Assembly: GCF_964213995.1 (NCBI RefSeq)
Contig: NC_135804.1
Coordinates: 33,914,001-33,978,000, forward strand
Length of the DNA: 64,000 bases
Reading direction: 5' to 3'
Source: Mustelus asterias
Lineage: Eukaryota
Shown here: positions 37,360-50,580 of the stretch, piece by piece
Layout: every line of letters begins with the position of its first letter
Position numbering within the stretch: position 1 is the first letter of the stretch
Notes under the pieces: generated by a model
The model's input: only the letters and a program-made list of their open reading frames with translations
Database searches by the model: none
Told to the model about the DNA's origin: nothing
Program-made: the position numbers and the translations under genes

Positions 37360-37625
37360 AAACTATCTGCCACAGGTGACTCAGTTGGCTGCACTCTTAC
37401 CTCTGGGGCATCTCCACATCCAAATCCTGACCCAGGACTTGAGCATAAAAATCAAGGTTGATACCTCAGAGCAGTGCTGAGGGAGTGCTGTGCTGTTGAA
37501 GGTGTGGTCTTTCGGATGAGATTTTAAACAGAGGCCCTGTCTGCTGCAAAAGATTTCATGGCACTAGTTTGAAACGGGGCAGAGGACCCTTAGTTCTGGC
37601 TAATACTTATTCCTCAATAAACCAA
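37360..37625 (+). mobile_element. Old Deu-domain (SacSINE1/AmnSINE-like) SINE remnant
   Basis: GGACTTGAGCA...CAGTGCTGAGGGAGTGCTG...CTTTCGGATGAGA...TTAAACAGAGGCCC resembles the Deu-domain consensus as I recall it. Confidence 0.5.
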
Positions 37626-37696
37626 GTCAAAACGACAATGAGGTAATATACCAGAAAGTCTTTAAAAAATTGAAAAAATATGGAAACATGCAAGAA

Positions 37697-38037
37697 TCAT
37701 AGAAACCCTACAGTACAGAAAGAGGCCATTCGGCCCATCGAGTCTGCATCGACCAGAATCCCACCCAGGCCCTACCCCCATATCCCTACATATTTTACCC
37801 ACTAATCCCTCTATTCTACGCATCCCAGGGCACTAAGGGGCAATTTTAGCATGGCCAATCAACCTAACCCGCACATCTTTGGACTGTGGGAGGAAACCGG
37901 AGCACCTGAAGGAAACCCACGCAGACACGAGGAGAATGTGCAAACTCCACACAGACAGTGACCCAAGCCGGGAATCGAACCCAGGTCCCTGGAGCTGTGA
38001 AGCAGCAGTGCTAACCACTGTGCTACCGTGCCGCCCC
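37697..38037 (-). mobile_element. HE1-like SINE
   Basis: Same family. Confidence 0.88.
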
Positions 38038-38107
38038 CAAGAGTTTATGCTGTTCATTTATTCCAGTGTTTAATTGTTATGACTCAATGTCATATTATGA
38101 TGTGACT

Positions 38108-38425
38108 TGGGCAGCACGGTGGCACAGTGGTTAGCACTGCTGCCTCACAGCACCAGGGTCCCAGGGTTCAATTCCGGCTTCGGGTCACTGTGTGTGTGGA
38201 GTTTACACATTCTTCCTGTGTCTGTGTGTGTTTCCTCCGGGTGCTCCGGTTTCCTCCCACACTCCAAAGATGTGCGGGTTAGGTTGATTGGCCATTCTAA
38301 ATTGACCCTAGTGTCAGGGGACTAGCTAGGGTAAATGCATACGGGGATAGGGCCTGTGTGGGATTGTCGTCGGTGCAGACTCGATAGGCCGAATGGCCTC
38401 CTTCTGCACTGTAGCGATTCTATGA
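38108..38425 (+). mobile_element. HE1-like SINE
   Basis: Same family. Confidence 0.85.
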
Positions 38426-38501
38426 TATAGGGCAGTAAAAATAACATTTTCACTAAAGGTTGTGGAATAAAATTATGGGACAGATCCGAAATTTACAGTA
38501 C

Positions 38502-38603
38502 CTTTGAGTTTATTTTCTTTTGTGATAATCTTGAATATGTGTTTCATTTCCTGAAGAATAATTCCTGTGGCCCCTACATAGGAGGGACATTTGGATTTCA
38601 TCA
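38502..38603 (-). CDS. POP4: POP4 exon 6 (VMKSKCPSYVGATGIILQEMKHIFKIITKENKLK)
   Basis: 102 nt, phase 1-1; RPP29 signature SKCPSYVGxxGI. Confidence 0.95.
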
Positions 38604-39240
38604 CTGTAATGTAAACACATATTTTTAATACAAATCTGATCTCACTGAAATGTTTTAGCTGAAGTTTTCTTTATGCTTATAGAATGATAAGTTAGAATCG
38701 GTGCTAGCACATATGCACTTGGCAAAAAAAAGTTCATTTTACATTTCAGAAAACTGTTGGATCTAATAATTTATCTAGGGAAAATGAAATGGATCTTGGG
38801 GGCAGAGTTATGTTTGCTGGTAACAGACATGTCAAACTCACCATCTCATAAATCAATAGACAAACTTTAAAAAAAAAATCAATAAATTTAGTGTAAGAAT
38901 CATGAGTTGCTATTTCTTTGCAAACATTAACCAGTTGGTTGACAGCTGGTTTATAAATCTCATTACTAGTTTATTTAATCTCTAATAGGTCAGACACCTT
39001 CCCAGAAAATATAACACTGCATCTAAAAATGGTTTACAAAAGCTTTTTCAAAAATTCTACCTGTTAGAAAGGATCCATCCTCCCACTAGTGCGTATGATA
39101 GGGCACAGGAGGCGGCCATTTGGCCTTCTGTCCCTGATGATAACATCCCTAAGGCAGTCCTGCATTCACAACTTAACACTGTCTGTCACGTAGGCCAAAA
39201 TTATGGTTCAACGACTCCTTGAAGGCGAAGCTCAAGAAAT

Positions 39241-39500
39241 GGGCGGCAAGGTGGCACAGTGGTTAGCATAGCTGCCTCACAGCACCAGGGACCCGGGTTC
39301 AATTCCCGACTTGGGTCACTGTCTGTGTGGAGTTTGCACATTCTCCACGTGTCTGCGTGGGTTTCCTCCGGGTGCTCCGGTTTCCTCCCACAGTCTGAAA
39401 GACGTGCTGGTTCGGTGCATTGGCCCGAACAGGCGCCGGAGTGTGGTGACTAGAGGAATTTCACGGTAACTTCAATAAGCCTTACTTGTGACTAATAAAT
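39241..39500 (+). mobile_element. HE1-like SINE
   Basis: 7081 subfamily. Confidence 0.85.
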
Positions 39501-40512
39501 AAGCTTTAACTTTTACTTTTATGTTGTATGCCTACCAGACAAGGAGAATATTCACAAGAGACAACTACCTAGGGAGCAATCTCCAGTAGTGATATTGTTT
39601 CCTTTGACCAGCGAAGAATACAGGCAGCAAAGGGCAGAAGGCAAGCTAGAGAGACTGGGCATACAGTCTTAGCAAAATTAGACATCCTTTCACTGGGAAA
39701 AGTCATGATGGTTTGCAATTGGGCTCCACAACCACATTACAATGCACAAAGGGCTTATCGATACACACGAGCAATGGTCATCTTTGATAATTGATGGTGA
39801 CGTCTGTGCCTGCTTGTTCTAAGAGGTATACAATCAATCCTATTCCTGGGCTTTTTTCCTTAGACTTTGATTATTTTTTCCTTTCATGTATTTATCCAAT
39901 TCCTTTTGAAGGTTACTGCTGAATCTGCTTCCATCGTCACTTCAGGCAAAATATTCCACATCGTAACTGTAATTCACGACGGAGAAATGAATAGAAGAGA
40001 TGCTAATAGGGTTGGATGAAATAAGGTACAAGTAGGATTACAATTCAGAGCTGTGCAACCCAAATTATGCCTCCCAATATTGGCTTCCTAGGATCACTGT
40101 AGGGATTATTTTCCATAATATATATTCTATGTACAAATCTTTTCAATAGCACATTAAAAGGGCAACATTTAAAAACAAACTGTGTCAAGAGGGTAGGCTG
40201 TAATGTCCTTTGTACTTTTGCTCTAAAAAAAATCAAAGGGAACATTCTTTGATCTTTTATAACTTATTCTGTTTCCTTCTCAGCAGCCTCTGGAACTTAC
40301 TAAGGTACTGTGTAGTTCAACAGTAGCAGGAATCAACACACAGGGCAGAGAAAGAAACTAATGTTTCTTTGAGAAAGTCAGAAATATTGTTTGCAGCTGA
40401 AATCCGAAACCTGAAATAGTACAACACAGAAACAGGCTATACAACCTACTGAGTCTGTGTCCGATCTTTCAAATAGTAATTCAGTCGCCCCACTCCCCTG
40501 TTTTTCTCCATA

Positions 40513-41435
40513 TTAAGAACATAAGAAATAGGAGCAGGAGTAGGCCATCTCGCCCCTCGAGCCTGCCCCGTCATTCAATAAGATCATGGCTGATCTGATA
40601 GTGGTTTAGTTCCACTTACCCGCCCGCTCACCATAATCCTTAATTCCCTTATTGATCAGAAATCTATCTACCTGTGACTTAGACATATTTAATGAGGTAG
40701 CCTCCACTGCTTCAATGGGCAGAGAATTCCAGAGATTCACTACCCTCTGAGAGAAGAAGTTCCTCAACTCTGTCCTAAACTGACTCCCCCTTATTTTGAG
40801 GCTGTGTCCTCTAGTTCTTATTTCCTTTCTAAGTGGAAAGAATCTCTCTGCCTCTACCCTGTCTCGCCCCTTCATTACCTTATATGTCTCTATAAGATCT
40901 CCCCTCAGCCTTCTAAACTCCAACGAGTACAGGCCCAACCTACTCAATCTCTCCTCATAAGCTAACCCCCTCATCTCTGGTATCAACCTGGTGAACCTTC
41001 TCTGTACTCCCTCCAAGGCCAATACATCCTTCCGCAAATAAGGGGACCAAAATTGCACACAGTACTCTAGTTGCGGCCTCACCAGTACCTTGTACAATTG
41101 CAGCAAGACCTCCCTGCTTTTATACTCCATCCCCTTTGCGATAAAGGCCAACATTCCATTTGCCTTCTTGATCACCTGCTGCACCTGCAAACTGAGTTTT
41201 TGCGATTCATGCACAAGGACCCCCAGGTCCCTCTGCACAGCAGCATGTTGTAATTTTTCACCATTTAAATAATAGTCCATCTTACTATTATTCCTTCCAA
41301 AGTGGATAACCTCACACTTGTCAATGTTATACTCCAACTGCAGATCCTTGCCCACTCACTTAGCTTATCCAAATCTCTGTGCAGACTTTCCGCATCCTCC
41401 ACGCAATTCGCTTTCCCACTCATCTTTGTATCATC
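40513..41435 (-). mobile_element. CR1-like LINE 3' fragment
   Basis: 249-aa ORF with RT C-terminal motifs; (CTTATGTT) tail. Confidence 0.88.
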
Positions 41436-41875
41436 CTGTACATCCTGTATATTGCTGTACATTTTCCTCCTTCAATTATTTATCCAATTCCCTTTTGAAG
41501 GTTACTATTGCATCTGTATTTATCAGTTTGGCAATGCATTCCAAACCTGAACCACTCATATATACGTTTTTCCTCAAGTCGCCTCTGGTCCTTTTGAGAT
41601 AATTACTTCAAATCTGCACCATCTGACTATTGACCAACAACTGGAAGCAGTTTCGCTTTACTTACTCAATCTAAACCTTTTATGATTTTAAACATCTGCG
41701 TCAAATCTCCTCTTAGCCTTTTCTGCTTTAAGGCAAAGAACCTCAGTCTAATTCGTACAAGTTAGATGCGTTGAACACTATCGCTGTGATGTTACCTACG
41801 TCAAAAATGGATCTACGTTCTGCATATTCGGGTTTATCTTCCTTGCTACTGATTTGGCAGAATTTACTCATGTAC

Positions 41876-41937
41876 CTGTCACAATGGCTCCATGGAAATC
41901 TGCCTTTAGCAGTTTGGTCTGGATCATTTGCGTCTGC
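41876..41937 (-). CDS. POP4: POP4 exon 5 (MQTQMIQTKLLKADFHGAIVT)
   Basis: 62 nt, phase 2-1; RPP29 signature KLLKADxHGA. Confidence 0.95.
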
Positions 41938-43154
41938 CTGCAAACGTGAGAAGAAAGCACAGAAATCAAGGAGGCAGCTTGCCAATGAATTGCACAATAA
42001 ATCAATTGTTATTCTGTGGGATTTACCAGGATCTTGAAATGCAATTAATAACATTTCTTTGAATTCTACATTTACCTCAGCCAAAATGAACCTTTGAAAA
42101 TAAAAAAAAACAATATGTTTTGAAGGATTTCAGTATTTAAGAAATGCAAGATGTGATTATCAAATTCTACCCAACCTCCTTCACACAGCTGTCAGTGCTT
42201 TCTGACCACTTACATATTTGTTACAATCCTTTTTAGAGAGAGAGTGAAATACCAAGTGATTGATTTGAAGGATTACACAAGTATTCAAGTTCTAAGAATT
42301 TTACTGTAATAAACAAACTAAAAGGAACATTGCCTAGACACTATTCAGTCGGCAACTTGTAAGTACAGAAATGATTCCTCATTTAACTTTTAAAATGATA
42401 GAAAATCCCCTTCCATGGTTATATTTTATTCTGTTCCTTGGGTTATATTCTTTGAGAGCCAGTCCAAAGGTATTCACATCTTTAATAATTTTTGCAAACT
42501 GGAGGTGGGAATAGAACCAGTAGCAGCAAAATATAAATTGCCATCTCATTAAAAGGGCGTCATGTAGAACATATTTAAAATTTTAGGTCTGCAAACACCA
42601 TGATAATTTTTTTCCATTACAAATTCTACTCTCCACGTCTATAAGGGAAACGTTTTTAATGTAATTTCTCTCACTACTGATTTTCTGGCACATCTCAGTT
42701 TTGCACCCCACCTTTTAAAGTGGTGAAACTGGGCTGCAATCAATGCTACTTCTCTGCTTCCCAAAGTGCGGTATATTCTGCTAACCTATTATAAATAAAT
42801 ATTAAATGAATGCAAAAGGAAAGTAAGGTAAGAATAGTTCAGCTTTTAAAATTGAGGCTGGATCACTTGATATTGCCCTGTCCTCTAATTCAGTTCACCT
42901 CAAGACCACACTTGATCTCAATACACCCTGTGCTAGAAGAGATTAATTAGTAAATTATTAAAAATCTTATATACAATTCCTTCCAATGCTTTCCATTATA
43001 AACTTGGGTGTCTTCAATTATAATGAAAATTGTCCATGTAAATCTGACGTACTGTTATTATATCTTCCACCCAGTGGATGCTACAATGCCATCAGTGGTA
43101 TGATGGCACAATAATAATGTGTCAAGCTTACAACGATAATTTCCATTATAAATG

Positions 43155-44740
43155 TGGATATGAAATGCAAATGTAGATAAATCCTCAGGACCTGACGAAG
43201 TGTATCCCAGGACATTGTGGGAGGCTAGGGAGGAAATTGTGGGTCCCCTAGCCGAGATATTTGAATCATCGATAGTCACGGGTGAGGTGCCCGAAGGTTG
43301 GAGAGTGGCAAATGTTGTGCCTTTGTTTAAAAAGGGCTGCAGGGAAAAGCCTGGGAACTACAGGCCAGTGAGCCTCACATCTGTGGTGGGTAAGTTGTTG
43401 GAAGGTATTTTGAGACAGGATCTACAGGCATTTAGAGACGCAAGGACTGATTAGGGACAGTCAGCATGGCTTTGTGTGTGGAAAATCATGTCTCACAAAT
43501 TTGATTGAGTTTTTTGATGGGGTAACCAAGCAGGTAGATGAGGGCAGTGCAGTTGATGTTGTCTACATGGACTTTAGCAAGGCCTTTGACAAGGTACCGC
43601 ATGGTAGGTTGTTGCATAAGGTTAAATCTCACAGGATCCAGGGTGACGTATCTAAATGGATACAAAATTGGCTTCTTGACAGAAGTCAGAGGGTGGTTGT
43701 AGAGGGTTGTTTTTTAAACTGGAGGCCTGTGACCAGCGGTGTGCCTCAGGGATCAGTGCTGGGTCCACTGTTATTTGTCCTTTATATTAATGATTTGGAT
43801 CAGAATATATGAGGCATGGTTAGTAAGTTTGCAGATGACACCAAGATTGCTGGCATAGTGGAAATTGAAGAAAGTTATCTCCAATTGCAAAGGGATCTTG
43901 ATCAATTGGGCCAGTGGGCTGATGAATGGCAGATGGAGTTTAATTTAGACAAATGCGAGGTGATGCATTTTTGGTAGATTGAACTAGAGCAGGACTTACT
44001 CAGTTAATGGTAGGGTGTTGGGGAGAGTTACAGAACAAAGAGATCTAGGGGTACATGTTCATAGCTCCTTGAAAGTGGAGTCACAGGTGGACAGAGTGGT
44101 GAAGATGGCATGCTTGGTTTCATCAGTCAGAACATTGAATACAGGAGTTGGGACGTCTTGTTGAAGTTGTACAAGACATTGATAAGGTTACACTTGGTAT
44201 ACTTTGTGCAGTTCTGGTCACCCTATTATAGAAAGGATATTATTAAACTAGACAGAGTGCAGAAAAGATTTACTAGGATGCTACCGGGACTTGATGGTTT
44301 GAGTTATAAGGAGAGGCTGGATAGACTGGGACTTTTTTCTCTGGAGCGTAGGAGGCTGAGGGGTGATCTTATAGAGGTCTATAAAATAATGAGGGGCACA
44401 GATCAGCTAGACAGTCAATATCTTTTCCCAAAGGTAGAGGAGTCTAAAACTAGAGGGCATAGGTTTAAGGTGAGAGGGGAGAGATACAAAAGTGTCCAGA
44501 GGGGCAATTTTTTCACACAGAGGGTGGTGAGTGTCTGGAACAAGCTGCCAGATAGTAGAGGCGGGTACAATTTTGTCTTTTAAAAAGCATTTAGATAGTT
44601 ACATGGGTAAGATGGGTATAGAGGGATATGGGCCAAACGTGGGCAATTGGGGTTAGCTTAGGGGTTTAAAAAAAAAAGGCGGCATGGACAAGTTGGGCCG
44701 AAGGGCCTGTTTCTATGCTGTAAACCTCTATAACTCTAAT
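43155..44740 (+). mobile_element. CR1-like LINE RT fragment
   Basis: [35 protein letters not shown]; frameshifted. Confidence 0.88.
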
Positions 44741-45609
44741 AAGGACAGAAAGTAGGGACTGAATGAAGTTAGTGCATCCTGGTCCAATCATCCTTTCAAT
44801 AACCCTAATTTGCCTGAATGCCACACACACCAAGTATTAATTTTTTAAAAGTTTGACAAAGAAATTGTTGATACATACGTGATGCAATAATGTAAATTAT
44901 AAACCACTGAGATAATATCTTAAATGTAGACAATGTCTCATAAAGCTTCATGAGGGGAAATAGATTGAGCAGAATGAGTCTAATGAATTACTGCATTATT
45001 AATGTATGATTTTGCTGTAACAATTAATAAACCAGTCTTGTGTGAATCAACTGCCTCGCAAATATTAACTTTGGTAAACACATCTGCAATGAAGACAAAG
45101 CCTCAAAAATTAATGAAATTTATATCATTTCATTTTATCTGCAATATTATTAGAGATGCCCTTCCTGATCTAGAAACCATCTAAATTTACATGTAAAACT
45201 TGCCCCCAAACACTGCTAGCAACAATGAGCAAAACAAAAACAACATTTTACCACCTTCCCATCAGTAAAGTGAGCAATAACGTGGGTTCACTGCCACATT
45301 GCTGCTTAATATTTTTGTAAGACTTCCACAACTCAATGAGAAGCAACAGTTAAAGGCTGGAGCAAAATTAATCTGCTGTGTTCTGTGAAACAACAATATT
45401 TGTATTTTGACCACAAAATAGTTCAATCAATTTAAGAATCAGTGCTGCAGACACTAGTTGAACTTTGTGTGATCACTGGGATTTCCCAAACAGTCCCAGT
45501 ATCTCCTGCATTGTATGTAATAAAGGGGTTTTTCGCATGTACAGTGTAATCTTTCAGCAGCCAGTTAACAGTGAATCTGTCCATTCTATAGTGCAAGTAC
45601 TGTACTTAC

Positions 45610-45687
45610 ATGTCAGGTTTTAAACCATTACACAAGTCTCGAATGTATTGCTTCCACAACTCATGCAAAGGGAGAAACAATTCATAT
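45610..45687 (-). CDS. POP4: POP4 exon 4 (YELFLPLHELWKQYIRDLCNGLKPD)
   Basis: 78 nt, phase 2-2; RPP29 signature LPLHELWKQYI. Confidence 0.95.
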
Positions 45688-45899
45688 CTGGAAACAATGA
45701 AATTATTCCGATTAGCATTTTAACATCTATGGATTGGAAATGTCTGAATGATGCCAATCTAATAGGCAAGAATGAACTTTTCATTGAAACCCCCTTGGTA
45801 CAGAGGTGACAAAGTACCTGACGCAGGAAGTTTGATCAGTTCACAATGCAGAACAAACTTCACAACCACATTTCAAAGATTATAGCGAATGTGGTACCA

Positions 45900-47650
45900 T
45901 TATAGAAACATAGAAAAACTACAGCACAAAACAGGCCCTTCAGCCCCACAAGTTGTGCCGAACATATCCCTACATTTTAGGCCTACCTATAACCCTCCAT
46001 CCTATTAAGTCCCATGTACTCATCCAGGAGTCTCTTAAAAGACCCTATTGAGTATGCCTCCACCACCATTGACGGCAGCCAATTCCACTCGCCCACCACC
46101 CTGTGTGTAAAAACCTTCCCCCTAACATTTCCCCTGTACCTACCCCCCAGCACCTTAAACCTGTGTCCTCTCGTAGCAGCCATTTCCACCTGGGAAAAAG
46201 CCTCTGAGAGTCCACCCAATCTATGCCTCTCAACATCTTATATATCTATTTAAGAAGGGTAGCAGGGATAACCCGGTTAATTATAGGCCAGTGAGCTTAA
46301 CGTCCGTGGTAGGGAAGTTGTTGGAGAGGATTCTTAGAGACAGGATGTATGCGCATTTAGAACGGAACAATCTCATTAGTGACAGACAGCATGGTTTTGT
46401 AAGAGGGAGGTCGTGCCTTACAAATTTGGTGGAGTTTTTTGAGGAAGTGACAAAAATGGTTGACAAAGGAAGGGCCGTGGATGTCATCTATATGGATTTC
46501 AGTAAGGCATTTGACAAAGTCCCTCATGGCAGGTTGGTTAAGAAGGTTAAGGCTCATGGGATACAAGGAGAGGTGGCTAGATTGTTAGAAAACTGGCTTG
46601 GCCACAGGAGACAGAGGGTAGCAGTCGAAGGGTCTTTTTCCGGCTGGAGGTTTGTGACCAGTGGTGTTCTGCAGGGCTCTGTACTGGGACCTCTGCTATT
46701 TGTGATATATATAAATGATTTGGAAGAAGGTGTAACTGGTGTTATCAGCAAGTTTGCGGATGACACGAAGATGGCTGGATTTGCGGATAGCGATGAACAT
46801 TGTCGGACAATACAGCAGGATATAGATAGGCTGGAAAATTGGGCGGAGAAATGGCAGATGGAATTTAATCCAGATAAATGCGAAGTGATGCATTTTGGAA
46901 GAACTAATTAGGGGGGAGTGGTATACAATAAATGGCAGAGCCATCATGAGTATAGAAACACAGAGGGACCTAGGTGTGCAAGTCCACAAATCCTTGAAGG
47001 TGGCAGCACAGATGGAGAAGGCGGTGAAGAAGGCATATGGTATGCTTGCCTTTATAGGATGGGGTATAGAGTATAAAAGCTGGAGTCTGATGTTGCTGCT
47101 GTATAGAACGCTGGTTAGGCCACATTTGGAGTACTGCGTCCAGTTCTGGTCGCCGCACTACCAGAAGGATGTGGAGGCTTTAGAGAGAATGCAGAGAAGG
47201 TTTACCAGGATGTTGCCTGGTATGGAGGGTCTTAGCTATGAGGAGAGATTGGGTAAACTGGGCTTGGTCTCCCTGGAAAGACGGAGAATGAGGGGAGACC
47301 TAATAGACGTGTCCAAAATTATGAAGGGTATAGATCGGGTGAACAGTGGGAAGCTTTTTCCCAGGTCGGAGGTGACGATCACGAGGGGTCACGGGCTCAA
47401 GGTGAGAGGGGCGAGGCATGACTCAGATATCAGAGGGACGTTTTTTTACACAGAGAGTGGTGGGGGCCTGGAATGCGCTGCCAAGTAGGGTGGTGGAGGC
47501 AGACACGCTGGCATCGTTTGAGACTTACCTGGATAGTCACATGAACAGTCTGGGAATGGAGGGATACAAACGAATGGTCTAGTTGGACCAATGAGCGGCA
47601 CAGGCTTGGAGGGCCAAAGGGCCTGTTTTCTGTGCTGTACTGTTCTTTGT
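45900..47650. mobile_element. Two divergently oriented CR1-like fragments (45900-46250 minus, 46250-47650 plus)
   Basis: RT motifs on plus strand ([17 protein letters not shown]); 3' tail of a second copy on minus strand. Confidence 0.85.
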
Positions 47651-48244
47651 ATATTAAATTGCAATGCTACAAAATTGAGAATTGTCACTCAAAATAGGTA
47701 TACAATTGTATATCCTATCTAGACAAAGACAGAATTACTGCAGAGATTGGGCTATATCTGCCGAGCACATGCTTAAGATGATCTTTGAACAAATCCTGAT
47801 GAAATGATATAGAAATGCTGTTTGTTCAATTACACACTACAGTAAATGATCAATGAGAATTTTCAAAGCCCCAAGTTACAAAGAAATGCCATTACCACAA
47901 GTTTGATTACAATTTATTTGTGTATAATTACCACCAACCTCCAATCCAGCAGTTTATGTTTTAACTTGTAATTCTTCCATGTGTTTAAAAAAAAATCAAT
48001 TTTCTGGTTTCTCAGCTTTATGTGATCTTCAGGTTGGAAAGCAGATCTGATTAAGGATTCTATCACATGCGTCAATTCAGATCATTATCAAAGGGTGGAA
48101 GGACATGTTCAGAATGAAATGTGTACTCCAAGAATCTCCGAGGTGGTGCTCACCACTAACCAGAGGCATCGTACCTTGTAGCTGAGATAAAGTTCATTGA
48201 AAGGCAAAATCTGAATGAGTGCAGAAACTGGGACTCAATGCATG

Positions 48245-49725
48245 TCCATAAGACCATAAGACATAGGAGCGGAAGTAAGGCCATTCGGCCCATCGAGTCC
48301 ACTCCACCATTCAATCATGGTTGATTTCAACTCCATTTACCCGCTCTCTCCCCATAGCCCTTAATTCCTCGAGAAATCAAGAATTTATCAATTTCTGTCT
48401 TGAAGACGCTCAACGTCTCGGCCTCCACAGCCCTCTGTGGCAATGAATTCCACAGACCTACCACTCTCTGGCTGAAGAAATTTCTCCTCATCTCTGTTCT
48501 AAAGTGACTCCCTTTTATTCTAAGGCTGTGCCCCCGCGTCCTAGTCTCCCCTGCTAATGGAAACAACTTCCCTACGTCCATCCTATCTAAGCCGTTCATT
48601 ATCTTGTAAGTTTCTATCAGATCTCCCCTTAACCTCCTAAACTCCAATGAATATAATCCCACGATCCTCAGACGTTCATCGTATGTCAGGCCTACCATTC
48701 CTGGGATCATCCGTGTGAATCTCCGCTGGACCCGCTCCAGTGCCAGTATGTCCTTCCTGAGGTGTGGGGCCCAAAATTGCTCACAGTACTCCAAATGGGG
48801 CCTAACCAGTGCTTTATAAAGCCTCAGAAGTACATCCCTGCTTTTGTATTCCAAGCCTCTTGAGATAAATGACAACATTACATTTGCTTTCTTAATTACG
48901 GACTCAACCTGCAAGTTTACCTTTAGAGAATCCTGGACTAGGACTCCCAAGTCCCTTTGCACTTTAGCATTATGAATTTTGTCACCGTTTAGAAAATAGT
49001 CCATGCCTCTATTCTTTTTTCCAAAGTGCACGACCTCGCACTTGCCCACGTTGAATTTCATCAGCCACTTCTTGGACCACTCTCCTAAACTGTCTAAATC
49101 TTTCTGCAGCCTCCCACCTCCTCAATACTACCTGTCCCTCCACCTATCTTTGTATCATCGGCAAACTTGGCCAGAATGCCCCCAGTCCCGTCATCTAGAT
49201 CGTTAATATATAAAGAGAACAGCTGTGGCCCCAACACTGAACCCTGCGGGACACCACTTGTCACCGGTTGCCATTCTGAGAAAGAACCTTTTATCCCAAC
49301 TGCCTTCTGTCTGACAGCCAATCGTCAATCCATGTTAGTACCTTGCCTCGAATACCATGGGCCCTTATTTTACTCAGCAGTCTCCCGTGAAGCACCTTGT
49401 CAAAGGCCTTTTGGAAGTCAAGATAGATAACATCCATTGGCTCTCCTTGGTCTAACCTATTTGTTATCTCTTCAAAGAACTCTAACAGGTTTGTCAGGCA
49501 CGACCTCCCCTTACTAAATCCATGCTGACTTGTCCTAATCCGACCCTGCACTTCCAAGAATTTAGAAATCTCATCCTTAACGATGGATTCTAGAATTTTG
49601 CCAACAACTGAGGTTAGGCTAATTGGCCTATAATTTTCCATCTTTTTTCTTGTTCCCTTCTTGAACAGTGGGGTTACAACAGCGATTTTCCAATCCTCTG
49701 GGACTTTCCCTGACTCCAGTGTCTT
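48245..49725 (-). mobile_element. CR1-like LINE RT fragment
   Basis: Three overlapping frameshifted RT ORFs; 3' tail at 48245. Confidence 0.88.
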
Positions 49726-49856
49726 GTGCACTTATTTTGTTTTTCCTTTGTAACTGTACCAACACAGAAAACCACCATCAGAGGATTGAAAAAAGTCTCA
49801 ACACAAATATCTGATTGAGCTAGAGGGAATCACTTTTCTTCATATGGTTTGCCTAC

Positions 49857-50077
49857 CTTTGTTGTTCTGGTTTGAGCTCAAATATTCTCAATTCTCGCCT
49901 TTCTTTGGCAGACAGACACTTTGCTTTTCTCTTTGTTTTCTTGTGCTTCTTTAAGAGATGCTCGAGAATCACAGCCTTTCTGTTCAAATGTGAGTGAATC
50001 TGCTCAGCGCCCAACCGAGGTAAACTGCGCTTGAGAAAGGCATTGACAAATGCTTCAGCCTGTTTGGATCCCTGAGG
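49857..50077 (-). CDS. POP4: POP4 exon 3 (PQGSKQAEAFVNAFLKRS...KAVILE...RRELRIFELKPEQQR)
   Basis: 221 nt, CAG|...|GTAGG; strong similarity to RPP29 (AEAFVRAFLKRS, RRELRLFDIKPEQQR). Confidence 0.95.
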
Positions 50078-50527
50078 CTGTCAGAAGGAATTTATAAATT
50101 ACTTAGACGTTTCAGACAACTTTGTACATGGTGGGTAACTGCAATGCACAAAACAAATGCCGTTCGACTTCAATGACTATGATTTTGCTCTAAACACAAA
50201 ATCATTCCTGTCTTAAATCCACGATTGCAAATAGGTTGGCATAAAACTACACATTTCTCATGTAGTGTGTACATTTATACCAAATCACAAGATAAAAGGC
50301 ATAAGCAACAAAAGAAATGTAAGCTTTGCACCTAGGCAATCAATATACCATGGAAATAAGAGGAATATGATTTCCAAAAATAGTAATATTTAAGGTCTGT
50401 TGTATGTTATAGTCATTATGAATGTGTCTTCATCAAAAAATTGCTCAATTCACATTGTGTTCATACTGTTCTCAGGACCGCCAACAAAGAAACACCAGAG
50501 GGCAGCAGCAACCAGAAAGTAGCATAC

Positions 50528-50580
50528 CTGAATGTCCAAGTGATCTGTCTCTTTCGCAGAAATCGTACGGTAAACAATAT
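50528..50580 (-). CDS. POP4: POP4 exon 2 (NIVYRTISAKETDHLDIQ)
   Basis: 53 nt, AG|...|GTATG; resembles the vertebrate POP4 N-terminus (SVIYHALSQKEANDSDVQ). Confidence 0.88.

Noticed and set aside
41743-42084. 113-aa minus-strand ORF that looked like a separate gene exon
   Set aside because: It overlaps POP4 exon 5 in another frame; the real exon is 41876-41937.
40606-49731. Several 200-250 aa reverse-transcriptase-like ORFs as active genes
   Set aside because: 5'-truncated, frameshifted CR1 LINE fragments inside POP4 introns.
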